A DNA stretch of 64,000 nt from positions 352,001 to 416,000 of the forward strand of contig BK006942.2 in assembly GCA_000146045.2 (NCBI GenBank), in the 5' to 3' direction. Below are positions 35,145 to 45,293 of the stretch, one piece after another. The stretch's first letter is position 1. Each line of letters starts with the position of its first letter. The position numbers and the translations under genes were made by a program. The DNA comes from TPA_inf: Saccharomyces (Eukaryota). The notes under the pieces were generated by a model. The model worked only from the letters and a program-made list of their open reading frames with translations, was not told the origin of the DNA and ran no database searches.

Positions 35145-35172
<28 letters not shown>
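35145..35172. repeat. Homopolymer A28 tract in the ORF-free region between YAP5 and FLO11. A (GAAAA)5 microsatellite follows at ~35286-35310.
   Basis: Direct reading. Confidence 0.9.
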
Positions 35173-35174
<2 letters not shown>

Positions 35175-37571
35175 AGGGCGGTTGTCTTTGGCATATCGCG
35201 AAAATAATAGATCTTATCAAGGGGTTTTTAAGTCATCCTCTGATTATTGGAAGTCATAATCACGTTCAATGGTGGGAGGCCTTCGGAAAAGAAAAGAAAA
35301 GAAAAGAAAATTTTCTCAATCTGAAACAGTCTCTTGTTTACGTTACACTGGCAATTTTAACGGCGAGACTCATCTGAAAAAAGCTATTCGACTTAGTCCT
35401 GTGTTTTTCATTACAGATAATCCTGATCAACGGGTGTACGTTTTTCCATTTTAGGTCAGTATCCTCCCTCTGTGTTTCAAACTAAGTATAAGCGCCCACC
35501 CTAATTCGCTCGTATCCTTGTGTCAACTTCTTTGCTGCTCTGCAGCTGTAAACAGTTTTTGCGATAAGCCTCACATATGTCAGTGCTGTAAATACCGGAA
35601 ATAGAAAGTCACTGTGGTCTGTACCCTCATTTGATTTACGCGGTTAGAAAAGTGGAAACTCTTTCTTAACCGTGTAAATCAAGTATGTCATTTCAGGAAA
35701 CTTCCTCAATTCTTGGCGTACTATATTGAGTTGCCAATGTATGAGAGTGGTCGATTTCAATCGGCAACATTCTATCTCGCAATTACGCAATAAAAATTGA
35801 CATGGTATGTTATTTTCATCCTTCGGATTTTTCAAACCATTCTGTTATAAGAGATATGTACCATCAATCGCCGACAGCGATACCCTCTTTAACCTCTAGT
35901 AAGAAGGACCCGGCACTTATTGTAATACGTTTAGGGGAAGTAGGTAAATCTGGACCGGTAATACGGCATAACGATCCATTTCGGACATCGGGGACATTTC
36001 TTTTTTTTCCTTTATTATTTTTTTTTTCTAATGTCCTTACGAATTTCAGGCTCTAACCTTATTTCTTATTAGGACGTGTACTCATTGCCATCGCAACAAT
36101 AAAAATAAAACATTAATAAAAAATTAATTAGAGCCTGTAACATAGAGATCAACGCTACTGTAGCGTTAGAAGGACAGTGAGAGAGTGGCATGACAATTAA
36201 AGTTTCTTCCGATTACTTCATGTCATCTGCATTACAAAGGAAGGAAAGATGTTTCGAATTATTTCCCCTTTAAGGTATTTTTGATGTGAAATTTGACCCC
36301 ATACTGTGAAAATCAACTGCTAAGAACTCTGTGATCTTCTAAGATAAAAAGGCGGGCCCCTTTTTTCTTCTATATCTATTTATTATCTAAATATGCTTAC
36401 ATAAGCAAAATATACCGGGGTAGTTAGTGCACGCGGGGAACTACCTCTTTCTTACCGGATCTTGCCGCATCCTTTTTTCTGTTCATTCTCAGAAAAAAGA
36501 GGCTTTTTTTCGTGAATACAGTCCGAAGAGCACTAGAATTTCGGACCGAAATTAGTAATATCTTCTGTACGAAAAAGGAAGACCCCTTTTCGTACAGAAG
36601 CCTTGGTCAATCAGAACAGGCAACGTTGTTTTTTCTACTCCGGAATTTTCTGAGCGAAGACAATCGGCCCTGAAGAGAGGATCAATCGTGGAAATCTACA
36701 TCGTCCTCAAGAATTTCTAACGAGACTTCATGTCAAAATTTAACTTTTTTAGCTTTTTTTTAAGGTTGGCCCGCCAAAATCGTAAGTCTCGGTGCTCTGT
36801 TTAGGAAATAAAGAAGAGAAACGTCACCTAAAAAGTTTAAATTGAAGATGTCGTTCTATCTCGCGAATCTTAAATGAAAGACAGAGTGGGTTGATGACAC
36901 TAGCGGACTTGTCATTAAATAACCCATGATATCTAGGCACATTAAGGTTAGCGTGGGGGGACGCGAATAATATAAGCATTACTCCAGTAAACTCACATAG
37001 AAAGAAGGAAATATTCTTTGTTCAAAGAGCAAAGGTGCCTGTAAAGATCCTCTTATTCATCAAAGCCTGGTCGAAGATTATTAGTTGTGCCAAGGCAATA
37101 TCAGGTTTATTAATCTTTTAGGAAAAATGTAAGGTTGTTACGTCTCTTTCCGTCTCGCGGAAAAACATTTTTACTCAAGCCGTCCGTGGGATGATTTTTG
37201 GTGGTTATCATTTTCCAAGACTCCAGACAAAAGAACGTGCAGGCGCTTGGCAAAAAGAAAAAAAAAAAAAGCGAGAGGGAAAAGTGGCGCGGTGCCAATA
37301 CTACCGGTACTTGTTCTTGAATAAGCTATCAGATGGTCAAAATAGGGCTAGAAGAAAAATGGTAAAATAAAGTAAAAAAAGGTAAAAGATAATTTTTGAA
37401 GAACTAAAAAATATGTAAATGAATATGTATTCTACGGGTAGTTTTCTGCCTTACAAAATTATGGCAGCGAAAACAGAATGGTGGAAGAAAGTAAAGAGGG
37501 TATCGAAATAATATCTTAATTTAAGAATGAAAACATCGTAATGAAGAAACGAACATGTTGGAATTGTATCA

Positions 37572-40500
37572 TTAGAATACAACTGGAAGAGCGAGTAGCA
37601 ACCACATAAAGTTTCCAAGAACCTTGATATTAGCAGCACCTTGGTAAGTACTCGAGATAGAAGGAACAGAGTATGTAGCGACTGCAGAACCAGAAGCAGA
37701 TTGTAGTGGACCAGTTAGAGATGGAGATGTGACAACGGGAGCCACGCTAGAAGCAGAAGCTGTTGTAGCTAGTTGGGATGTAGTCTTGATTGAAATAGGG
37801 TTGGTTGCTGTGGCCACAGTTTCGTAATTCTTGGCACCATTTGAACCTGGAATCAAAGTGGTTATGTAAGTGGTTGGGATGGACTTGGTTGTGTAACCAG
37901 TTGTTGTTTCGCCAGCGGAGTTAGTACCAACAGATGACTCAGTGGTAATAACTGTGGTTGGAATAGCCGTCGTGACAGGGGTGGTAGCCGAAGGTGCAGT
38001 GTTTTCGCCTGCGCTTGCAGAACTTACGATAGTCTTAGCAGAGCATACAGATGTAGTTTCACCGGCAGCGTTTGTAGCAGCAGAACATTCAGTAGTGGTT
38101 ATTGTAGTTGGTACGGCATTAGTGGCAGGAGTTACTGGTGCACTTGGAGCCAAAGTGGTTACATAGGTGGTTGGTACAGACTTTGTTGTGTAACCAGTTG
38201 TCGTCTTACCAGCGGAGTTAGTACCCGTAGAGGATTCAGTGGTAACAACGGTGGTTGTGACAGCTGTTGTAACAAGGGTGGTAGCTTCAGTAGTGTATTC
38301 GCCAGTACCAGTTGAACAAGGAACAGTGGTTGTGACAGTCTTTGGAGAGCATCCAGAGGTAGTTTCACCGGCAGAGTTTGTACCTGTAGAGCAAACCGTA
38401 GTAGTAATAGTGGTTGGGGTGAAATTGGTAACCGTAGTGACTGATGGAGTTGGAGCAATTGTGGTTAGGTAAGTGGTTGGAATGTTTTTGGTGACAAATG
38501 TAGTTGTAATTTCACCACCTGGTTTTGTACTAGTAGAATACTCAGTAGTAACGACGGTGGTTGAGACAACTGTAGTTACAGGTGTGGTAGGTGAAGTGGT
38601 TGTTGATTCCGAGGCGGTTTCGCTTGGACTGGTTGAACATGGAACAGTAGTTGTAATGGTCTTTGGAGAGCATCCAGAGGTAGTTTCACCGGCAGAGTTT
38701 GTTCCTGTAGAGCAAACTGTAGTAGTAATAGTGGTTGTTGATGATGTAGTGACAGAAGTCGTAGTTGTAGTTGGAACAGTAGTTGTAACGGTCTTTGGAG
38801 AGCATCCAGAGGTAGTTTCACCGGCAGAGTTTGTTCCTGTAGAGCAAACCGTAGTGGTAATAGTGGTTGTTGATGGTGTAGTGACAGAAGTCGTAGTTTT
38901 AGTTGGAACAATGGTAGTTTCGGTTGTAGAAGAAACAGAGGTTTCTGTTTGACTGCCAGGGTATTTGGATGATGATGGAGTGACAGTAGTGCCAGTAGAA
39001 AAGCTTTCAGTAGTAGAGCTGAATGGAATTGAAGATGGAGCGGAGGAAGTGATGTTGCTAGAGGAAGATGGGGTTGGTACTGGTGCTACAGAGCTTTCAG
39101 TGGTGGAGCTGGATACTGGAGCAGAAGAGCTTTCAGTAGTAGAGCTTGATGGGGTTGGTACTGGAACAGAAGAGCTTTCAGTGCTAGAGCTGAATGGGGT
39201 TGAAGATGGAGCGGAGGAAGTGATGTTGCTAGAGGAAGATGGGGTTGGTACTGGTGCTACAGAGCTTTCAGTAGTAGAGCTTGATGGGGTTGGTACTGGA
39301 GCAGAAGAGCTTTCGGTAGTAGAGCTGGATGGAGTTGGCACTGGAGCAGAAGAGCTTTCAGTAGTAGAGCTGGATGGAGTTGGTACTGGAGCAGAAGAGC
39401 TTTCAGTGGTAGAGCTGGTTACTGGAGCAGAAGAGCTTTCAGTAGTAGAGCTGGATGGAGTTGGTACTGGAGCAGAAGAGCTTTCAGTAGTAGAGCTGGA
39501 TGGAGTTGGTACTGGAGCAGAAGAGCTTTCAGTAGTAGAGCTGGATGGAGTTGGTACTGGAGCAGAAGAGCTTTCAGTGGTAGAGCTGGTTACTGGAGCA
39601 GAAGAGCTTTCAGTGGTAGAGCTGGTTACTGGAGCAGAAGAGCTTTCAGTAGTAGAGCTGGATGGAGTTGGTACTGGAGCAGAAGAGCTTTCAGTAGTAG
39701 AGCTGGATGGGGTTGGTACTGGAGCAGAAGAGCTTTCAGTAGTAGAGCTGGATGGAGTTGGTACTGGAGCAGAAGAGCTTTCAGTGGTAGAGCTGGTTAC
39801 TGGAGCAGAAGAGCTTTCAGTAGTAGAGCTTGATGGGGTTGGAGCTGGAGCAGAAGAGCTTTCAGTAGTAGAGCTTGATGGAGTTGGTACTGGAGCAGAA
39901 GAGCTTTCAGTAGTAGAGCTTGATGGAGTTGGCACTGGAGCAGAAGAGCTTTCAGTGGTGGAGCTGGTTACTGGAGTAGAAGAGCTTTCAGTAGTAGAGC
40001 TGGATGGAGTTGGTACTGGAGCAGAAGAGCTTTCAGTGGTAGAGCTGGTTACTGGAGCAGAAGAGCTTTCAGTGGTGGAGCTTGATGGGGTTGGAGCTGG
40101 AGCAGAAGAGCTTTCAGTAGTAGAGCTGGATGGAGTTGGTACTGGAGCAGAAGAGCTTTCAGTGGTAGAGCTGGTTACTGGAGCAGAAGAGCTTTCAGTA
40201 GTAGAGCTGGATGGAGTTGGTACTGGAGCAGAAGAGCTTTCAGTGGTAGAGCTGGTTACTGGAGCAGAAGAGCTTTCAGTAGTAGAGCTGGATGGAGTTG
40301 GTACTGGAGCAGAAGAGCTTTCAGTGGTAGAGCTGGTTACTGGAGCAGAAGAGCTTTCAGTGGTAGAGCTGGTTACTGGAGCAGAAGAGCTTTCAGTGGT
40401 AGAGCTGGTTACTGGAGCAGAAGAGCTTTCAGTGGTAGAGCTGGTTACTGGAGCAGAAGAGCTTTCAGTAGTAGAGCTGGATGGAGTTGGTACTGGAGCA

Positions 40501-41675
40501 GAAGAGCTTTCAGTGGTAGAGCTGGTTACTGGAGCAGAAGAGCTTTCAGTGGTAGAGCTGGTTACTGGAGCAGAAGAGCTTTCAGTAGTAGAGCTTGATG
40601 GGGTTGGTACTGGAGCAGAAGAGCTTTCAGTGGTAGAGCTGGTTACTGGAGCAGAAGAGCTTTCAGTAGTAGAGCTGGATGGAGTTGGTACTGGAGCAGA
40701 AGAACTTTCAGTAGTAGAGCTTGATGGGGTTGGTACTGGAGTAGTAGTCTTCTTAGTGCATGTCTTAGATGTGGTAGTTTTCTTCTTTGTACATGGAGTG
40801 GTGTCGTGATGAGGAGGTGTAGGCTTTTCCTTTGTGCATGAGGTAGTGGTTGGGGGTGTAGGCTTTTCCTTAGTGCATGAGGTAGTGGTTGGTGTAGCAG
40901 GAGCGGTGGTTGATGATGATGTAGATGACTCGGAAGTGCTAGATGTAGTGGTAGATGACTCGGAAGTGCTAGATGTAGTGGTAGATGACTCGGAAGTGCT
41001 AGATGTAGTGGTAGATGACTCGGAAGTGCTAGATGTAGTGGTAGATGACTTCGTACCGCCACAATTATTGTCACAATCTATGTTCCAATAGAAGCCTGGG
41101 AAATCCGTTTGAGAGTGGCCTTGATTGTCATAGTTGTTACAACCAGTAGACAAATCAAAAGATGTAGTTCCCCATTGCCAGGAGCTTGCATATTGAGCGG
41201 CACTACCTTGCAAATACTCGAATTGAATTTGGAAGTTAGGCATCCACACCTGACAGCTGTTGACATCTTGTGTGGCATAAACTTCAAAAGTGGCTGTGAA
41301 ATCAGTTGGGTTGTCAATCAAATAGGTATTTTCGTTGTAACCGTATAGTTGGACGGTACCTTTTGGACCAGTGACACCAATGATTTTCAAAGACCATAGA
41401 TACTTCAGGTCAATATTTTCTTTACCTTTGACATGAATAGTGATTTGGTATGTGTTGTCTTGAACCCAAGAAACGGAAGTCACATCCAAAGTATACTGCA
41501 TGATATTTTGCTGGTCCATGTGCCAATTGAAGTCTAAGTTGGGACAGCCATTAACGATAGAATTACAGCTAGTTCCTTCGGAGGATCCTCTTGGAACTAG
41601 TGCAGTTGGAAAACCCAAAGCCGAGTTAAATAGAAGCGAAAGGACCAAATAAGCGAGTAGAAATGGTCTTTGCAT
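37572..41675 (-). CDS. FLO11: GPI-anchored cell-surface flocculin/adhesin Flo11 (Muc1), 1367 aa: signal peptide, N-terminal Flo11 adhesion domain, very long Ser/Thr-rich tandem-repeat stalk, C-terminal GPI signal.
   Basis: ORF 37572..41675 minus strand. N-terminus MQRPFLLAYLVLSLLFNSALG. Central ~1.8 kb of near-perfect tandem repeats encodes SSTTESSSAPVPTPS-type units. Hydrophobic C-terminus (NFMWLLLALPVVF) preceded by small residues, consistent with a GPI omega site. Confidence 0.95.
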   Translation of the reverse strand: MQRPFLLAYLVLSLLFNSALGFPTALVPRGSSEGTSCNSIVNGCPNLDFNWHMDQQNIMQYTLDVTSVSWVQDNTYQITIHVKGKENIDLKYLWSLKIIGVTGPKGTVQLYGYNENTYLIDNPTDFTATFEVYATQDVNSCQVWMPNFQIQFEYLQGSAAQYASSWQWGTTSFDLSTGCNNYDNQGHSQTDFPGFYWNIDCDNNCGGTKSSTTTSSTSESSTTTSSTSESSTTTSSTSESSTTTSSTSESSTSSSTTAPATPTTTSCTKEKPTPPTTTSCTKEKPTPPHHDTTPCTKKKTTTSKTCTKKTTTPVPTPSSSTTESSSAPVPTPSSSTTESSSAPVTSSTTESSSAPVPTPSSSTTESSSAPVTSSTTESSSAPVTSSTTESSSAPVPTPSSSTTESSSAPVTSSTTESSSAPVTSSTTESSSAPVTSSTTESSSAPVTSSTTESSSAPVPTPSSSTTESSSAPVTSSTTESSSAPVPTPSSSTTESSSAPVTSSTTESSSAPVPTPSSSTTESSSAPAPTPSSSTTESSSAPVTSSTTESSSAPVPTPSSSTTESSSTPVTSSTTESSSAPVPTPSSSTTESSSAPVPTPSSSTTESSSAPAPTPSSSTTESSSAPVTSSTTESSSAPVPTPSSSTTESSSAPVPTPSSSTTESSSAPVPTPSSSTTESSSAPVTSSTTESSSAPVTSSTTESSSAPVPTPSSSTTESSSAPVPTPSSSTTESSSAPVPTPSSSTTESSSAPVTSSTTESSSAPVPTPSSSTTESSSAPVPTPSSSTTESSSAPVPTPSSSTTESSVAPVPTPSSSSNITSSAPSSTPFSSSTESSSVPVPTPSSSTTESSSAPVSSSTTESSVAPVPTPSSSSNITSSAPSSIPFSSTTESFSTGTTVTPSSSKYPGSQTETSVSSTTETTIVPTKTTTSVTTPSTTTITTTVCSTGTNSAGETTSGCSPKTVTTTVPTTTTTSVTTSSTTTITTTVCSTGTNSAGETTSGCSPKTITTTVPCSTSPSETASESTTTSPTTPVTTVVSTTVVTTEYSTSTKPGGEITTTFVTKNIPTTYLTTIAPTPSVTTVTNFTPTTITTTVCSTGTNSAGETTSGCSPKTVTTTVPCSTGTGEYTTEATTLVTTAVTTTVVTTESSTGTNSAGKTTTGYTTKSVPTTYVTTLAPSAPVTPATNAVPTTITTTECSAATNAAGETTSVCSAKTIVSSASAGENTAPSATTPVTTAIPTTVITTESSVGTNSAGETTTGYTTKSIPTTYITTLIPGSNGAKNYETVATATNPISIKTTSQLATTASASSVAPVVTSPSLTGPLQSASGSAVATYSVPSISSTYQGAANIKVLGNFMWLLLALPVVF
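38950..40760. repeat. Coding minisatellite inside FLO11: dozens of head-to-tail copies of ~30- and ~45-nt units (…gcagaagagctttcagtagtagagctggatggagttggtactgga… on the + strand). Flanking shorter arrays sit at 40895-41050 (30 nt x4, coding SSTSESSTTT) and 38630-38900.
   Basis: Direct reading. The same 30-45 nt motif recurs almost perfectly across ~1.8 kb. This generates the long artefactual antisense ORF 38965..40809 in the track. Confidence 0.95.
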
Positions 41676-41883
41676 AGTGTGCGTATATGGATTTTTGAGG
41701 CCTACAAAAGTATATTTTAATTAGAACCACAACATGACGAGGGATAATAACTGATGAATAGGGTGCTTTTTATACGTTTATTTTAGGAAGCAAGAGATCC
41801 TTTTTATCAATTGGGAACCCTTCAACAATTTGTACTGGTAAGTCTATGAGTTATCCGTTCTTGAACTAGAAGAGAGCGCAGTA

Positions 41884-44800
41884 ACGTAAATGCTTGAACA
41901 TATTTGTTAAGGTAAATAAAACTGCCCTAATTTTTTATTTAATTCGAACACGGACATTCCTCAGATAAGACAAGTCTAACAGTTAATTCAAAGTAGAAAG
42001 AGCTTAATTTCTCCGTAAAAGAACGAAGTATATTGCGATGATGCCTTGAATCCCAATTGGTAACTCTATGACATTTTTGTAAAGGTTACCTCATCAGAAG
42101 AGAACGGACCTAAAAAGATGACCCACATTTCTCTAGAAACAATCGTACCCTAATAGTTGCTTTAAATTGCTCAGCGGTCAAGAAAACGTATCATAATGTT
42201 ATTCTATTCTTGAGCAGGCACTTTTAGGGTTGGGCAATGTCCTCAAAGTAAATATTAGTAAACAAACGAATACCTCCAAATCCATTGAATTGAAAATCCA
42301 TTCCAAGCTCTGCGCTTCCAATTGTTAATCACACCACCGATAGGCAATAGAAGTTCTGTCCGTGAAGATACCGCAGAATGAGTTGTGCCCGTATTGTTGC
42401 ACCTAATTACGGAATCCCAAGGTATGCGATGTCCCAGTACGACCGTTAAAAAGACAACATGAATGACTGATCTGTTTAAGAGTATAGGCAGAAATAAAAA
42501 AGTTTGTGCAATGCCTGACAAAAAAAAGCTAATTTTTCTTTTAAGAAAGAATGTCATTCTTTTACCGCAAAGTTAATTTCTGCCTACAATCACCTTCTAA
42601 ACGCTCGGACTGATTGCCTTGAGCAATCAGCAGTTCTTTGAAGCCACTGTCGCAACAAAGAAAAAGAAAAGGGAAGTCCATTCTTAGCCCCAAAGAAAAG
42701 GATGACAAAAAAAAGAAAAAAAGTTAACTCGTACCAGTAAAGCCTAATTTTGCAGTGATCGCTAGCCCCAGAGAAGGACTAAAGACAAAAAGGACCCACT
42801 CGATAGGAAAATAACGGCCGAAACTCTTTGGGCGACATTTTCTTGTTAAGAAAACAGAAGAAAAAAACCTTAATTTGAACTTTCCAGGCACACCCAAAAA
42901 GGATTATGCTTATGTAATGCCACATTCCGAGAAACTGAAAGGCAAAAAAGAAAAAGCCTTTTTTTTCCTGCCGCGAAAGTTTAATTTGCCTACCGGCGTT
43001 CCTATTGGAGTCAGGAAAAGATCACTAGGAATTACAGCTGTGAGAACATACTCTGGGGCTGGCGTAGGCACACAATCCGGTATTCCTAAAGTTTTGTGGT
43101 ACAAAACTCCATACCTAAAACATAAAACAAATCTCACCCGTGGATCCTTTTATTCATAATACCCCGTCCTGCACGCCGTGGAACTGAGTCTAAGTTGACA
43201 AGGCTACGAATGAATTTTGGGAAATGCATACGAAGAGGACTGAAAAAGTAGCAGGTTTCATGTGGTGGAAATACCGATTAGCGCATTCACATTCGTGTTA
43301 GGGTCCGTTTTCCCGCACAGCTTTCGAAATATGAAACAATGTCCGTCTGCGTCAGCAGCTCAGATAAGGAAAAAAGAGATGGTAAAAAACATTCGAGAAA
43401 AACAAGTACTGCAGGTGCATGTCCTCAATGCATGCAAGTGACCGTTTTGGGGTGGTGAGAACCATCACTAATTAAACTTTTCCTATTTTTTGTCTTTACA
43501 ATATTCATTAGTCTTCATTCGCATTGGGTGTTCTACAGAAATGCTGGGCAAATCTGGAGATGGGTTGATACGCTAGCGTTCCTACTTGTAAGGGAGCAAA
43601 GATGTTAGATTTTTCTGTTTTGGAATTTTAGCTTTCTGTCCACCTTAGGTGTATGGCTCGGCTCTCGATGAGAATAGGAAAGTATTCCGCACTAACCGAT
43701 GGGGGGTTGTTCTTACCGTAAAACCACACTTGAAAGCTATACGTAGTTGGAACCCCAAAACGACGGTATGAAATGAGGGATACATTAGGGGACAAAAAGG
43801 ACTAGTAATTTCTTTGAAATTTGTAATAATAATTCGAAAAGTTGAGCATCCTTAATCTGACATGGCACACAGATGAAAAGGTGTTGAAAGCACTGTAAAA
43901 GAGGTTAAGAAATATCCTCTTTTCAACGAGCTTCATTTTGAGTATAATATGTTTATATTTGTCGCTGGCCCTGAGATGCTCAACTGTAAGTAAAACATCG
44001 GATGTGTGGATAAAAAGAACATGGAAAACGAGTGCAGCAACGACTATATTTAAAATAGTATCATTCATAATTCGATAGATGGACTTTTCAGCTACTTGTA
44101 AACGGCGAAATTGTGTCTAAGTTGTGAATGAGCTTTTCATTTTCATTTGCGTACCGAAGTGGTAAAACTGACGACCTAAAGTACGATATACGGAATAAAG
44201 CAAGTTCTAATACTCTCTGCAGTTTGACCAGTGCTACTTGGCGCTGTTCATTCCAATTAGCCGTAAATTTGTGAAATAGATCCCAAGATAATCTCCGTTT
44301 TATTTGCTTCCAAAGAGGTTATCTTTTTAATAGTTGGCATTTTCTAGCTTCTTGGTTGCTATAAGGCATAGTTGAAGTGCAGTGAGAGGAAGAGGGGAAC
44401 TCACGGAAAGAGACTCCTTATACTTTTGTCAACCGGTGTGTTCCAAAATTCGCTAGTTAAACGTTTTATTAGCAGCGGTCCCATTGAGCCAAAACCCCGC
44501 TGAGCGTTGCGACACAATCTGATCATACCACATAATCATTGCAGCGCCTACTTTTTAACTTCTAGCAGCCAAATTGTTATTCAGATTTAGTTGGCGGTAC
44601 GACTCCTTACAGCAGTAAATTATTCGAATTAGTAACAAACGAGTGATTGGTATGTGGAGATAGGAAACGAAGACTGAGCAGAAGCACCCACGCTAAGTAA
44701 TTGTATTCTTGAATTGGGAGCCTGAAGAATTATGATCAAGCTCAGCATCTTTCCGTAGCGTCTTCGAGAATTTGTCCTGTGAGCGGAAGGTTGAAAGTTA

Positions 44801-45082
44801 TAAATGATGTCTTATTTTTTTGCATGATCTCCCCAGACCCAGATGTCATCTGTAAAGAATTTAGTAGGACAATTGAAGACGCTGTCTTCCAATTGATTCA
44901 GCGAAACCTTTTCTTAAGATCATTCATATTCTTGTCAAAACACAGATCAGCGTCATATTATTCTTGTCTCGACATTAGGCCGTAATTTCGTCGAAGAAAA
45001 ATGATCTATGTCATTGTAAATATCTACAATTCCAGCTATTTACGATAATCACGTTAGAATCTTTTGAATGAATGTCTTTCGA
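41884..45082 (-). ncRNA. ICR1: Approximate position of the ~3.2 kb regulatory lncRNA ICR1, transcribed through the FLO11 promoter towards FLO11. Coordinates are from memory of the reference annotation, not derived from sequence.
   Basis: Established knowledge only: ICR1 starts ~3.4 kb upstream of the FLO11 ATG and represses FLO11 in cis. Nothing in the raw sequence lets me confirm the transcript boundaries. Confidence 0.35.
43900..45000 (+). ncRNA. PWR1: Approximate position of lncRNA PWR1, antisense to the 5' part of ICR1. It promotes FLO11 expression by interfering with ICR1. Boundaries uncertain.
   Basis: Established knowledge only (the Sfl1/Flo8-controlled ncRNA toggle). Cannot be verified from sequence alone. 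Confidence 0.25.
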
Positions 45083-45293
45083 TACTTTTCCACGCTTGAA
45101 AGTTCGCATTCTTTTGGCGTTTTGTATCCTTATTATTCCAAACTTTGATCCGTTTCAACAACGGAAAAGGGAAAAATGAAAAAGTGCTGGTAAGTGAAAA
45201 ATTATGAAAACTCGCTAAACGGCGAAGTTTAGATGTGAGACAAGCAGCAATGGAAGTATAGGTTGGTATTGAATATCTGTGGTTACTCTAAAG

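Larger units (their letters stand above)
41676..45278. promoter_or_regulatory. Exceptionally long (~3.6 kb) FLO11 upstream regulatory region. In the reference strain it integrates MAPK (Ste12/Tec1), cAMP-PKA (Flo8/Sfl1), Rpd3L and other inputs.
   Basis: No convincing protein-coding ORF between the FLO11 ATG (41675) and MRS1 (45294). Only short ORFs (<=100 aa) that are AT-rich and codon-poor, including a 100-aa ORF at 42255-42557(-) that I believe corresponds to the dubious ORF YIR020C. Confidence 0.8.

Noticed and set aside
35018-35377. 119-aa ORF containing KKKKKKKKKKK.
   Set aside because: The poly-Lys comes from reading through an A28 homopolymer. The frame has low codon adaptation and no domain, so it is a spurious ORF in the FLO11 3' gap.
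38965-40809. 614-aa ORF on the + strand (MDDDGVTVVPVEKLSVVELNG... with endless ELSVVELDGVGTGAE repeats).
   Set aside because: It is the antisense frame of the FLO11 tandem repeats. Its openness is a by-product of the periodic, stop-free repeat unit. The same applies to the other repeat-derived antisense ORFs at 38473-38952, 38576-38911, 40643-41074 and 40834-41091.
42255-42557. 100-aa ORF on the - strand in the FLO11 promoter (probably the reference dubious ORF YIR020C), plus 42875-43159(+) 94 aa and 43802-44068(-) 88 aa.
   Set aside because: Short, AT-rich, no homology or motif, and embedded in a region known to act as a regulatory or ncRNA template. Treated as non-coding.
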